In this document: positions 16,670 to 26,264 of the stretch, piece after piece
Layout: every line of letters begins with the position of its first letter
Numbering within the stretch: position 1 is the first letter of the stretch
Sequence record: OP729297.1
Reading direction: 5' to 3' (one strand)
Length of the DNA stretch: 64,000 nt
Notes under the pieces: generated by a model
What the model was told of the DNA's origin: nothing
Databases searched by the model: none
Seen by the model: only the letters and a program-made list of their open reading frames with translations
Program-made: the position numbers and the translations under genes

Positions 16670-18439
16670 TTAAGCTGCCGCGACAGCTAAAGTGTCGGTG
16701 AAGTCAACATAGCCAGCATGTTGCACCACAAGCTGAGCCTGACCTTCAACCAGAGGGCCGGACAGCGTAATAATGAACTCACCAGTGGACGCATCAGCTA
16801 CAGCATCACCCGTAACACTACCCTGCGTCAGAGTGACAGTAGAGCCAGGCGTTGCTTGTCCTGCAACGGTGTCTTCGCCAGCTTTCAGATCAGCATCAAG
16901 CTGACCGAGTGCTTCAACGACCAGAGTAACCTGGAAGGAAGCTGGCAGATATTGAGCGCGTGACAGTTCGACAGTAATCGGACCAGGCACAACGTTCGTG
17001 AAGCCGTTAACACTGAACGCACCCTGCGGATTTGAAGACGCAGTTTTGGTTTCGCCGTTCATGGTGATCTTAACGGTGGCGCTCGCAACAGTGTCACCGA
17101 CTACAGCAGTCTGACCGTCCTGTGCTTGTTGCAGCGTAGGCGCAGCGAACTCTTCCAGAATAGTGAACGACGTTGAGCCATCTTCGTAGAACGCAGAGGT
17201 AACGTTGACCACACCAGTAGAACCCACACCAGCTTTCGCATCAACACCAGTAATGTTGAACGTACCAGCAGCCAGATTGACAGTACCTTCGTACACGCCA
17301 GCCTGAACTGTTACGGTAACAGCGATATCGTTCGCTTCGGCATTCAGACCTGCAATGGTACCAGATACCACAGTGCGGGTTTCGCCGAACGCATCAGCGT
17401 CATCAACTGCGATTGCACCGAACTGGAGTTTAGTCGGCTGCATTGTCGCGGTTGCTTCATCGTAGCCGTCTTTTTCCAGCACACGAATAGACACAGCGCC
17501 TTTAACTGCACCGACAGTAGCAGTCCAGTCACCCTGCGCATTGGCAGTAGCGAACTGATTAGACTGGCCGTCGATCAGGATTTCGACTTCTGCTTCTGGC
17601 GTTGCTTTACCAGACAGAGAAGTAGTCAGGAACGATGCGCTGTCAATCTGCGCCAGACCAGGCACTGAGTCAGTTACGACAGTTACCGTTTTATCCAGAT
17701 AGCCGTCAGCAGTGAACGTCAGATGGATATCACCAAACGGCAGTGGATCGACGTTGATAGAGAACGCACCAGCGTTATCAGCCTGGCCAGTGAACTGTTT
17801 GCTTTGTACCGATACCACGATATTAGCATTCGCAACAGTCGTTCCCGAAACCGTAGTTTCTTTGAAGACTGCATGAACAACAGGTTCAGGCATTGGTTGC
17901 AGCGGCTGTGGGCCTGCTTCGAAGTCGTAACGCGCTGGCGTATAACCGTTTGCAGTTACAGTGATCGAGAACGGACCTTCTTCCAGACCAGACACGTCAA
18001 CAGTGAACACGCCACTACCGTTCGAAGTACCAGTCCACACGTTACCGTTCTGTTCAACGATCACAACGGCGTTAGGGATTGTGGTACCGTCAACTGACAC
18101 TGCACCAGCAACTGGAGTTTGTGACAGAGAAGGCTGTGGAATACCTTCACCAGGCTGAGGCATATCGTCAGGGTTCAGCAGAGCGACACGCTGCAACTGG
18201 ATCAGAGATTTCAGTTGGCTACACGCCAGCAGGTTTTCCAGAGGCGCTTGCTGCGTCAGGTCAACAGCATTGCGCGTCGCAGGAATGATAACGTCCTTCA
18301 TCTGGAAGTTGTCACCTGGGCACTGGAAAGAGATTTGACCCAGCGGCTGAGTCTGGTTGCTGACCAGCATCTGAGGCTCGCTCAGAATGTTGCGCTGAAT
18401 AAAAGCGCGATACTGATCGAGAGAAATAAAGTTACTCAT
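16670..18439 (-). CDS. Ig-like repeat virion surface protein (Hoc-like decoration candidate)
   Basis: About six ~80-aa T/V/G/A-rich beta repeats (VSGTT..NA.V.V, A...G.F.I.V, V.A.GY) after a ~90-aa N-domain. Confidence 0.75.
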   Translation of the reverse strand: MSNFISLDQYRAFIQRNILSEPQMLVSNQTQPLGQISFQCPGDNFQMKDVIIPATRNAVDLTQQAPLENLLACSQLKSLIQLQRVALLNPDDMPQPGEGIPQPSLSQTPVAGAVSVDGTTIPNAVVIVEQNGNVWTGTSNGSGVFTVDVSGLEEGPFSITVTANGYTPARYDFEAGPQPLQPMPEPVVHAVFKETTVSGTTVANANIVVSVQSKQFTGQADNAGAFSINVDPLPFGDIHLTFTADGYLDKTVTVVTDSVPGLAQIDSASFLTTSLSGKATPEAEVEILIDGQSNQFATANAQGDWTATVGAVKGAVSIRVLEKDGYDEATATMQPTKLQFGAIAVDDADAFGETRTVVSGTIAGLNAEANDIAVTVTVQAGVYEGTVNLAAGTFNITGVDAKAGVGSTGVVNVTSAFYEDGSTSFTILEEFAAPTLQQAQDGQTAVVGDTVASATVKITMNGETKTASSNPQGAFSVNGFTNVVPGPITVELSRAQYLPASFQVTLVVEALGQLDADLKAGEDTVAGQATPGSTVTLTQGSVTGDAVADASTGEFIITLSGPLVEGQAQLVVQHAGYVDFTDTLAVAAA

Positions 18440-19124
18440 TGGAGTCTCCAGATTGTTTAAGGTTCTGTAGCGACTGGCAGAACGTCTGATACTTACGAGG
18501 CGTTAACCGCAGCGCTGTGCCTAAATTAAATTCAGAATTGGTTATCTTGCCCACCATCTGAGTAAATCGTTCTTCATCGTCCAGGTAGGCAAGCATCCAT
18601 GGGCGATAGTCGTTGAACGTTTGAACCAGATAGTTATGAACCTGATCGACAATGCGGCTTCGGCCTTCTACGTAGTCAAAAGACCGATCGCAATCAGAAT
18701 CATCAATCCCGGCAATAAACATAGTAAGACAGATAGCAGTACGGGTACGATTTTGTGCGCGTCGAATCGTATTGTCCAACTGCTTTTGATCCATCTCTTT
18801 GAGTTCTGGGAAGAGGCCACGTTTGTAATAAGCGATCTCCTTGTTAGAGATTGAACGGTCGGCAGCTTCTTTGCGGTCTAACGCCATACAGCCTGTAGGC
18901 GTTTCGCGTGTGCAATACTGGCACGTTGTGATCGGACACTGACCACGAAAACGAAACTGTTGTGGCTTGTCTTCCATTTCAGGACAGACAATGATTGGAC
19001 GATTGTCCTGCACAACACGAATCGGAACTGCTTTTCCTTTATTTGTTTTGGTGGTCGCAGACTTCTTCACCTTGACAGGTTTCTTTGCCGCAACTGCCTT
19101 TTGTTCTTTCTTTAACTTCGCCAT
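18432..19124 (-). CDS. hypothetical protein, Lys-rich N-terminus and Cys cluster (230 aa)
   Basis: CPITTCQYC..GC; ATG 19124 preferred over GTG 19139. Confidence 0.7.
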   Translation of the reverse strand: MAKLKKEQKAVAAKKPVKVKKSATTKTNKGKAVPIRVVQDNRPIIVCPEMEDKPQQFRFRGQCPITTCQYCTRETPTGCMALDRKEAADRSISNKEIAYYKRGLFPELKEMDQKQLDNTIRRAQNRTRTAICLTMFIAGIDDSDCDRSFDYVEGRSRIVDQVHNYLVQTFNDYRPWMLAYLDDEERFTQMVGKITNSEFNLGTALRLTPRKYQTFCQSLQNLKQSGDSNE

Positions 19125-19160
19125 TTCTATATCCCACAAGCCGTGTTAACCAAGTAAGGA

Positions 19161-19169
19161 TATTTACAG
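19161..19169 (-). promoter_or_regulatory. class A promoter motif CTGTAAATA
   Basis: Intergenic, ~37 nt upstream of ATG 19124. Confidence 0.6.
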
Positions 19170-19170
19170 A

Positions 19171-19536
19171 TTAATTGGCCACAAACATGGGAAAACCTAT
19201 GGAGACCGAATACAGTACGCCGTTAGGAATTTCGTTCACAGACGGGTCACGATAGGTAAACTTCGGAGCCTGAGTAACAGGAGCCAGAATCTGGACAGCG
19301 CCGTCGTAAGTACGCGTTGCGCCATCGGTACGCAGCAGTTCGAGATAGTCCGCGATCTTGGCTTTCAGATCTTGCAGCAGCGTAGTGCCCTGTTCATCCG
19401 AACGAACACTGACCAGAGTTTCCATTGTGGAATACGTCTGGCTGTTCTCACCGACCTGACCACGATCGAGATAGACAGGTGTGCCAAACTCAGACACTAC
19501 ATCTTTAACGAGAGAAAGCAGTTGTTCATGTTCCAT
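19171..19536 (-). CDS. hypothetical protein (121 aa)
   Basis: Start moved to ATG 19536 (GAGG RBS). Confidence 0.7.
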   Translation of the reverse strand: MEHEQLLSLVKDVVSEFGTPVYLDRGQVGENSQTYSTMETLVSVRSDEQGTTLLQDLKAKIADYLELLRTDGATRTYDGAVQILAPVTQAPKFTYRDPSVNEIPNGVLYSVSIGFPMFVAN

Positions 19537-19543
19537 GTTTGCC

Positions 19544-20092
19544 TCACAGTACAGGTGCTGACAAGAACTTCGGAACGTAGACGTCAACGATGCGGTCGAA
19601 GCCTGCGAATGGTTTCCGGTTCGTATGTCGGTAGAAGGTATACATGCCAATAAGGCTTGCGTCAAATTCGTGAATCGCTTTGCGACTCTTTTTGGAAGTC
19701 AGATTATAATGCGCGTAATAACCTTTAAGGTCCATAGTACGGTTGAACGCGTTCTTCCACTGACTTGCCGTGATCAAATCGATCGGGCAGTTCTTTTTCA
19801 ATGCGAACATGGACAGCACACCAAGCATCAAACTGATAGCCTCAATAGTGTTACCGCCAAGGCCACGCGACTGGAATCGCTCGAAGCACATTGCATCAAA
19901 CGGTCCATAGCGCTTCCATATGTCATCAAGCTCTTTCATGAACTCTTTGACTGGTTGGCGCATGTCGTGGTGTAGGTTTTGAATTGGATGTTGAAACATC
20001 CTCGTCCCGAGAATCTCTATGCGCTTGTCCTTAAATTCAGTGACAGACAACGCGAAGTTAACCTTTCCCGGGTCGCCTGAAAGAATACGCAT
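19544..20092 (-). CDS. ruvC: RuvC-like Holliday junction resolvase
   Basis: ILSGDPGKVNFA (catalytic D), CFERFQ (E), HEFDAS (D); RNase H fold layout. Confidence 0.8.
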   Translation of the reverse strand: MRILSGDPGKVNFALSVTEFKDKRIEILGTRMFQHPIQNLHHDMRQPVKEFMKELDDIWKRYGPFDAMCFERFQSRGLGGNTIEAISLMLGVLSMFALKKNCPIDLITASQWKNAFNRTMDLKGYYAHYNLTSKKSRKAIHEFDASLIGMYTFYRHTNRKPFAGFDRIVDVYVPKFLSAPVL

Positions 20093-20161
20093 GTTAGGCT
20101 CCTCGTTTTAACATACACTAAATAAGTATTTGTCAGGGCAAAGGTCCAAAATTCTTAGTCA

Positions 20162-20168
20162 CTAATTT
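20162..20168 (+). promoter_or_regulatory. class B promoter motif CTAATTT
   Basis: Recurrent intergenic motif ~25 nt upstream of the 20192 start. Confidence 0.55.
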
Positions 20169-20191
20169 CAAGCACACAGAGGAGAACTTTT

Positions 20192-21301
20192 ATGAGCTGG
20201 ATTGAGCGCGGGAAACCCCGCAACACATACGACCGGCACAAGACCTACGAAACGGAACGCGTACAACGCCGATTGGACAGTGTGCAAAAGGTTGTGCAGT
20301 CCAAAGTCGAACAGGCATTGCAGGTAGACGCCACCGATATCGTCATCTTCAAGAAAGCGAAGATGGGCCTCACCTGTAGCTGCAACAAAACCGAAAACGA
20401 TGTACTGGATAACATTGCTGGTGGCCTGAAAAGTTTAGGCCGTGAATCCGATGCAATGTCTGCTGGCGTTAAGATCGATACTGTCTCCAAGGGTATGTTC
20501 GGCGGTGGGCGCCAAGCAGTAAGCCTTGATGATATCGACGACGGCATGAACGCTGTTATGGACGCCGCAGACCTGATGGGCATTGACACAGGTGAGGAGT
20601 TCGACGTCAAGTGGGATGGTGGTAACGTTGCGAACTGCGGCATCTGCTATCGTCAAGGTGTTGTGCCTGGTTTTGTCAGTACAGGCTTCATCTACAACAT
20701 CGCCACGCACTATCACGTCAAGGAACTGGAGGGTTATACACTCGATCAGTCCACCAGCCCAGCGACATTCAGGCAGGTACGTAAAGACGGTTACGCGGAT
20801 TTCGATCAGCTTATCCCAAAATACTTTACGCAGGCGACTTATTCGGTGCGTCTGAATGAAACCATGTTACCTGCTTTCCCACGCCCTATGCTGTTGGTTA
20901 ACGGTGTTGAAGTCGAACTGACAGCAGCTAATCTGGAACGCTGGCGTGGTAAACATGTGACGATTCGTGTTCGAGGAGTTGAGGCATTCTCACACGTCAC
21001 GATGATCTTCGATTTGGGTGTGCCGCCTGTTAAAGGCAACATCAGCGAAGAAGCAAACGTGCTGAACTACGATCAGGAACTGACTGTCGGTAACATCACG
21101 GTAGTTCTGCCTGCGCGTAGCGGTGCGATTGAACCAGAAGATATTCTCGTTCTGCCTTTCAAAAACTACGTGCTGAAAGTTATGGAAGCACCGAAGAAAC
21201 GCACAGCGAAGAACGATCAGTGGGAATGGGTGTGTACCACTCGTCCCGTACAGCGCAAAGAGATTGCGTATAACATTTTCAAAGGCTTCAAAATCCGATA
21301 G
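20192..21301 (+). CDS. probable virion neck/head-completion protein
   Basis: CSC...CGICYRQGVVPGF resembles the Cys motif of jumbo-phage neck proteins (recall only); class B motif upstream. Confidence 0.5.
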   Translation: MSWIERGKPRNTYDRHKTYETERVQRRLDSVQKVVQSKVEQALQVDATDIVIFKKAKMGLTCSCNKTENDVLDNIAGGLKSLGRESDAMSAGVKIDTVSKGMFGGGRQAVSLDDIDDGMNAVMDAADLMGIDTGEEFDVKWDGGNVANCGICYRQGVVPGFVSTGFIYNIATHYHVKELEGYTLDQSTSPATFRQVRKDGYADFDQLIPKYFTQATYSVRLNETMLPAFPRPMLLVNGVEVELTAANLERWRGKHVTIRVRGVEAFSHVTMIFDLGVPPVKGNISEEANVLNYDQELTVGNITVVLPARSGAIEPEDILVLPFKNYVLKVMEAPKKRTAKNDQWEWVCTTRPVQRKEIAYNIFKGFKIR

Positions 21302-21310
21302 GAGATTAAC

Positions 21311-21970
21311 ATGACTCGTATTAAGATCAGCTTGAGCAGTGAAGCGAATGGGGATATGACCAATAAGCCACAGCCTGCTTCTGACATTCCAGATAGCTGG
21401 CCAGATCCCAACAAGCTGACAGGTAAAATTCCGTTTGACGCGAATCAGAGCGAAACAGCCGACGACATGTTCGACCCTGATAAAGCTGTCGAAGGTAACC
21501 CTGATTTGCGCAACGGCAACACCAAGCCGGGCGCAGAGGGTAAAGCGTCACGCCCTGACGAGAACTACCGTGCTGGTGGCCGTACCACGAATCAGGTTGA
21601 ATCCGTGCATTGCAATAAAGTGAATGCGCTCGGACAGCCTGTTCGTTTCACGAAAAACGACATTATGAGCGGTGGTCTATCGTTCAAAGACCTGTTCGGT
21701 GACGTATTCGGCGATATCTTCGGTGATCGTCGTGTGCAGAAAGCGATTAGCAGTGCGCTCACTGCTAACGAAGGCGTATCGGTATCGAAAGGCAAGTCTA
21801 AATCAGCTAAAATGCGCTCGCAGATGCTTAAAATGGTCATGCCTGAGCTATCGCGTGAACAGGGCGAGCGTTTAGCGTCTGCGATGGCCGAACACGACGG
21901 CGAAACAGTCAAGCGAATACTGACTCAAATCGGTGTTAAGCTCGGAAAACGCGTTTCACAGAAAAAATGA
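21311..21970 (+). CDS. hypothetical (probable virion) protein with MTRIKISLS leader variant
   Basis: GGAG RBS; leader resembles the MEIxVSLS family. Confidence 0.75.
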   Translation: MTRIKISLSSEANGDMTNKPQPASDIPDSWPDPNKLTGKIPFDANQSETADDMFDPDKAVEGNPDLRNGNTKPGAEGKASRPDENYRAGGRTTNQVESVHCNKVNALGQPVRFTKNDIMSGGLSFKDLFGDVFGDIFGDRRVQKAISSALTANEGVSVSKGKSKSAKMRSQMLKMVMPELSREQGERLASAMAEHDGETVKRILTQIGVKLGKRVSQKK

Positions 21971-22330
21971 TCTGATTTTTCGTTTCAAAATTGGGGAAAG
22001 TCCTTGATTTTTCTCGGATTTTCCTCATTTTTAGTCTGAAAAGGGGCATTTGGTCAAAAAATGTACTACTTTTTTGGAAAAATTTACACGGTTTAGACGA
22101 CCTAGGGTTTTCCGCTAGATCGCTGCCCAGGGTGCGTAGAGGGTGCAATCTCGGCTGTTCGGAGCATGGTTTCTTTATTTTCTATGTCTCCGAAACGTGC
22201 CGCCTAAAGATGTACCTGTAGTTGTAATGTTCAAGCGTACCACGAGCGTTGTAGCTAGCCCGCTGTAGCCCATGCCTTCCATGCCTAGCTGTTGTAGCTT
22301 CCAGCTGTAGCATTCGGAGTTAAGAGTTGT
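21971..22330. other. non-coding region with A/T tracts and short TGTAGC repeats; candidate replication origin
   Basis: ~400 nt without a credible ORF; T/A tracts at ~10-11 nt spacing in 21976-22082; TGTAGC at 22250, 22264, 22293, 22306. Confidence 0.4.
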
Positions 22331-22373
22331 CTGATTCTGTAAAGAAACGATAGAAAAATCAGGTAATCATGAT

Positions 22374-23990
22374 GTGAACATGAAAAAACGAATCGTTTCC
22401 GGTCAGGGGCCCGTGCTCGTCACGAATCCCTCGTACCAGGAGAAGGAAGTCGTTATTTGGGTGCGAGACAACGTTATAAACGCTTGCCCGTACGAGGGGC
22501 CTGATGCTGAACAACGTGAGTTCCGTGCTCAATTGAACTTATTCTTCTGGCACATTCTTCAATGCAGCCTTTATCCTGCACGTAAACACAAAAAGAAGAA
22601 GTTTGGACGGGTCTGGGTGCCGTTTCCAAGCTCATTGGGCAAAGAGAAGCTACCTATGGTGTTCGGTCATCAAAGGGGCGGTGATAATGTAGCTGTAGGG
22701 CGATATGCCAAGTCGAAGAAAGGCACGTTTAGTAGATCCCTTGACTGGTTGATGGCTAACGTGTTTGAAACGAAACCGTACGATAAGAAAAAGGGCCTTA
22801 GTCGAGAGTTTAGGATGCGTCCTGAAATCTTAGACGGGATGTACGGGCATTTTAAGCCGCAGTCTCATTACGATATTTTGTACCGCATTCGATTCTATAG
22901 TCCTCTTAAAATCTTGAGAGAGGATTACGGGGTAACGGTGTGGTCGCAGATTCAGAAAAATTCTAAGCTGCCGTTCAAACGCCCTACGCACGATCTTAGC
23001 TCGCTTGATCGAAATCGTGACAGGGGTAACGGTAAGGAACTTAAAGGCCGTGCTCTTTATCGTAAGGTACTTGACAAGCTGATGCCGAATGAGGTGAACA
23101 TCGAACCTATCCTCGCTTATTTAGAAGACAGGTCCTTGATTGCTAATCACAAGGCGAAGAAGCAGTACCTGCAGGTTAAGACGTTGCTCGATACTATTGT
23201 GTCGGGGCCTGTTCAGATCGTTAGCGAGAAACCTCTTGTCATTCGTTATTGGCCTAAATATAGGCTGTCGCAAATTGGCGGACGACTGTTCGAAGTTGGT
23301 GGTGGGTTCCAGAACTTACCGTCAGACCTGAAAGAGCAATGTTACACGATTGGCACTAACTGGGATATGAAGTCCAGCCAGTTCAACGTGTTGCGTAAAG
23401 AGTTTGGCGCTTACGGAATTGAGTGTGCGATGTTTGATACGGTAAGCTCCGTTGATGATATCAGTCGCATAATGAAATTGGACAGACGTGCAGCAAAAGT
23501 TTGTTTATACGGTACGATCTTCTCGGCAGGCCAACTTGAGACAACGAAGTACAGCAACGTCTTTAAGGAACTTGCTCGCTTCATGCCTGTCTCGAAAGTG
23601 AAAGAGGAGATATTGGATTGGAATACGAGGATGACGCCTCTGTATTTCGCCATCACTGATCTGCTTGGTGTGTATCGTTCCAAGTTCCGAAAAAATAAAA
23701 ATGCACGGAGGCCAGAGTACGGCGTTCTCCAGTGTGCAACGGGATCGAACTATGATCCTGATCCTGACGATACGGACAAGAAGATTAAGAAGCGCGTTCT
23801 CAACCACATGCTTTCTGGGTGGGAGAGTTATTTTCTTTTCGATGCGATTCTTAACTGCCCTAACGTCAAGGGTGTGTATTCTCTTGAGCACGATGGCGCA
23901 TTGCTCTGCGTTGAAGGAGACACCGTAACGAGCAACCACGCCGAGTTTGTACTCAAGAAGTTTTCTGATAAAAAGATATTCTCGGAGTAA
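22374..23990 (+). CDS. PolA/T7-RNAP-superfamily palm-domain protein (TV-Pol-like), 538 aa
   Basis: GGRLF..GFQNLP (cf. GRL..NLQN), motif A-like WDMKSSQ, motif C-like LEHDGAL; start GTG 22374 or ATG 22380. Confidence 0.55.
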   Translation: MNMKKRIVSGQGPVLVTNPSYQEKEVVIWVRDNVINACPYEGPDAEQREFRAQLNLFFWHILQCSLYPARKHKKKKFGRVWVPFPSSLGKEKLPMVFGHQRGGDNVAVGRYAKSKKGTFSRSLDWLMANVFETKPYDKKKGLSREFRMRPEILDGMYGHFKPQSHYDILYRIRFYSPLKILREDYGVTVWSQIQKNSKLPFKRPTHDLSSLDRNRDRGNGKELKGRALYRKVLDKLMPNEVNIEPILAYLEDRSLIANHKAKKQYLQVKTLLDTIVSGPVQIVSEKPLVIRYWPKYRLSQIGGRLFEVGGGFQNLPSDLKEQCYTIGTNWDMKSSQFNVLRKEFGAYGIECAMFDTVSSVDDISRIMKLDRRAAKVCLYGTIFSAGQLETTKYSNVFKELARFMPVSKVKEEILDWNTRMTPLYFAITDLLGVYRSKFRKNKNARRPEYGVLQCATGSNYDPDPDDTDKKIKKRVLNHMLSGWESYFLFDAILNCPNVKGVYSLEHDGALLCVEGDTVTSNHAEFVLKKFSDKKIFSE

Positions 23991-23993
23991 AGT

Positions 23994-24518
23994 ATGAGTA
24001 AGGTACTTACCGAATATGAGGTTGTACGCTACGCAGCAATCTTGGAAACGATTCTGCAAAACAAGTACGGCACTTGTGCCAAGCTGTTTCAGGCGTACAA
24101 AGAAAAGAAGGAAGAGAAGCCAATTCTCATGGTCATGTATGATGCCCTGGTCTATGAGGAAACTCAAGGTCTGGCTTCACTGGATGACTGGTACTATGCT
24201 CACCCTGAATCTCATGCCCAAATCGAGCAGTACCTGAATACCGTTCATCGTTTGTTGGGTGATACGGTGCCGAACAAAGATTTTCCTTTGGTGTTCAGCT
24301 ACAAGTTGTTGCAGAATCATCTGCCTGAAAAGAATCCGATCGTCAAGCAGGCACGGTTCATGTACGACCGACTCCAACGTCTGTCCAACAAGATTCGCTT
24401 TCCTAAGGGATCTAAATCCGACCGTGAGTTTGATCGTATGTTGGCTAAAGACGGTTTCGCCACGTGGGACGATTACTTCGCCTACGAGCTTGAGCGTCAA
24501 CTAGGCAAGAGTGATTGA
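23994..24518 (+). CDS. hypothetical protein (174 aa)
   Basis: GGAG RBS, operonic. Confidence 0.75.
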   Translation: MSKVLTEYEVVRYAAILETILQNKYGTCAKLFQAYKEKKEEKPILMVMYDALVYEETQGLASLDDWYYAHPESHAQIEQYLNTVHRLLGDTVPNKDFPLVFSYKLLQNHLPEKNPIVKQARFMYDRLQRLSNKIRFPKGSKSDREFDRMLAKDGFATWDDYFAYELERQLGKSD

Positions 24519-24557
24519 TACTGTAAACTAACAGCAATCAACATAGAGGATTAATAT

Positions 24558-24752
24558 ATGACAGCTATCGTCAAACATATCTCCGTACACCCGAAGTTTC
24601 GTTATGCCCGTCGCGTAGGTATTTTTGACGAGCTGGACAAACGTGAGGCCGAAGCCAAACGCAAACAGAATCAGGGACGTCAGTCCTACAAACAGGTAGC
24701 GTTTGGCTATCACTACTCGTCCTCTCACCTCTCACCAACTCCTGAGAAATGA
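24558..24752 (+). CDS. small basic hypothetical protein (64 aa)
   Basis: GAGGA RBS; CTGTAAAC motif at 24521. Confidence 0.65.
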   Translation: MTAIVKHISVHPKFRYARRVGIFDELDKREAEAKRKQNQGRQSYKQVAFGYHYSSSHLSPTPEK

Positions 24753-24759
24753 GGTTACA

Positions 24760-25278
24760 ATGAATAATCTCGCACACAGCATTATCGAAAGTCTTGCTGG
24801 GAAGTCTTGTTCGGTAGAAGCCCGTGCAGAACCTAATCCATACATGGGCTTGCTCCAGATGCGCGCCGCACCTTCTATTCTGGTGGACGCGCCTCACTTT
24901 TTTGTTAGCCAAACCGACGTCAACGATTTTGAAATTGTTTATTTCGGACCAGAGGAGTATCACGGTAACGCGTCGGTTGATGCGCACCAGATCTGCTCTC
25001 TGTCTGAACTCGGTTGGGCACTCGACGAAATTGATTCACGGCCGAAGCCTCGCATCGTCATTGCGGAGCTGTTGCACCTGGGTCAAGATCGTCCTGCTGC
25101 TCTGCGTATGATTGCAGATGCCTTGACTGATGCCGACATGTGGGAAGAACAGTTGATCATCTCCGTCGAAGCCTCAGAACACTGGCGCCCAGCAACGTTC
25201 GAGCAAACCGAAGGACGTGCCTGTCGCGGTCACACAGCGCAGGTTCACGTCAACCATACCGTTGACTCACTCTATTAA
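24760..25278 (+). CDS. hypothetical protein (172 aa)
   Basis: Start moved to ATG 24760 (GAGGT RBS). Confidence 0.7.
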   Translation: MNNLAHSIIESLAGKSCSVEARAEPNPYMGLLQMRAAPSILVDAPHFFVSQTDVNDFEIVYFGPEEYHGNASVDAHQICSLSELGWALDEIDSRPKPRIVIAELLHLGQDRPAALRMIADALTDADMWEEQLIISVEASEHWRPATFEQTEGRACRGHTAQVHVNHTVDSLY

Positions 25279-25289
25279 TAAAGGCCGTT

Positions 25290-26264
25290 ATGAAACATAG
25301 TGAAAGAGATTACGTTGTCGTAAGACAGGGTAATAAAAATCATCTTGTTCTGGCAACCGGCAAAACTGTTGGCATTCTGGCTAATACGCTCGGTTCGCCT
25401 GATCCAGAAACAATCAAGTTCAGTCCTAAGGCTGGCGATGTACTTGCAGTGCTTGGGCCAGACCCTGAGCCTGGTATGTCAGTCTGTGGTGTGACTGTTC
25501 GACCATACGCTTCAATGCCTGTCTATGGTGGTCTGCCTCGTCTTGCTCTTTATGGGCGTGAGGCCGAAGTAGCCAAAGCCTGTCGCATGGCAGTGAAGAA
25601 ACTTCCTAAGGTCATTGAGAAGTACGGCCTGAACGAAGCCGTTCGTCGCTGCAAGCAAATCAATTTCGTCCAGCAGTCTGGTTCGAAGACGCACTCGTTC
25701 CGTTCTAAGTTCAAGAAGGACGAGTGGCATGACGAGATTACGATCTTCGTTGACCGCGATTGCGTTAGCGTTGACGTCTACAACAAACTGATCATCGCAC
25801 TCGGTGAATCGGTGTGGACGCACCTGCTGAGTTCTAAGCGCAAGGTCAAATGGATGATGCTGTTTAAGAAACTGCGTAACGTCCAGAAGATCACGCAAAC
25901 TCACCTCGAAGGTCTGCTGGAAGATTTCCAGCGAGCTGGTGATGCGAAAGACGTGAAGAACGTTGTGTCCGAAGACCTGTTGCCTTTCGTTGACATGATC
26001 TTCCGCACGATTGCTCGTCAGAACTCTATCTCGGTCCGTGAGCTGGAACTGATTGCCTCCAACGACAGTCAGGCAGTTGCAGAACTCTGGCCGGGTGAGA
26101 TTCAAATCGCTGAGGGTCGACCTGACCTTGATAAAGCGATCATGAAGAATCCAACAACGTTGTTTGCTAACGTGTTCGCTCGTCATCTCGACGGCATCGA
26201 CACAGGCAAGACGTTGCGTAAAGCGATTAAGAACTCGCTTAAAGAGATTCGTGGCGCTGAGTGA
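25290..26264 (+). CDS. hypothetical protein (324 aa)
   Basis: Long ORF on the coding strand. Confidence 0.8.
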   Translation: MKHSERDYVVVRQGNKNHLVLATGKTVGILANTLGSPDPETIKFSPKAGDVLAVLGPDPEPGMSVCGVTVRPYASMPVYGGLPRLALYGREAEVAKACRMAVKKLPKVIEKYGLNEAVRRCKQINFVQQSGSKTHSFRSKFKKDEWHDEITIFVDRDCVSVDVYNKLIIALGESVWTHLLSSKRKVKWMMLFKKLRNVQKITQTHLEGLLEDFQRAGDAKDVKNVVSEDLLPFVDMIFRTIARQNSISVRELELIASNDSQAVAELWPGEIQIAEGRPDLDKAIMKNPTTLFANVFARHLDGIDTGKTLRKAIKNSLKEIRGAE

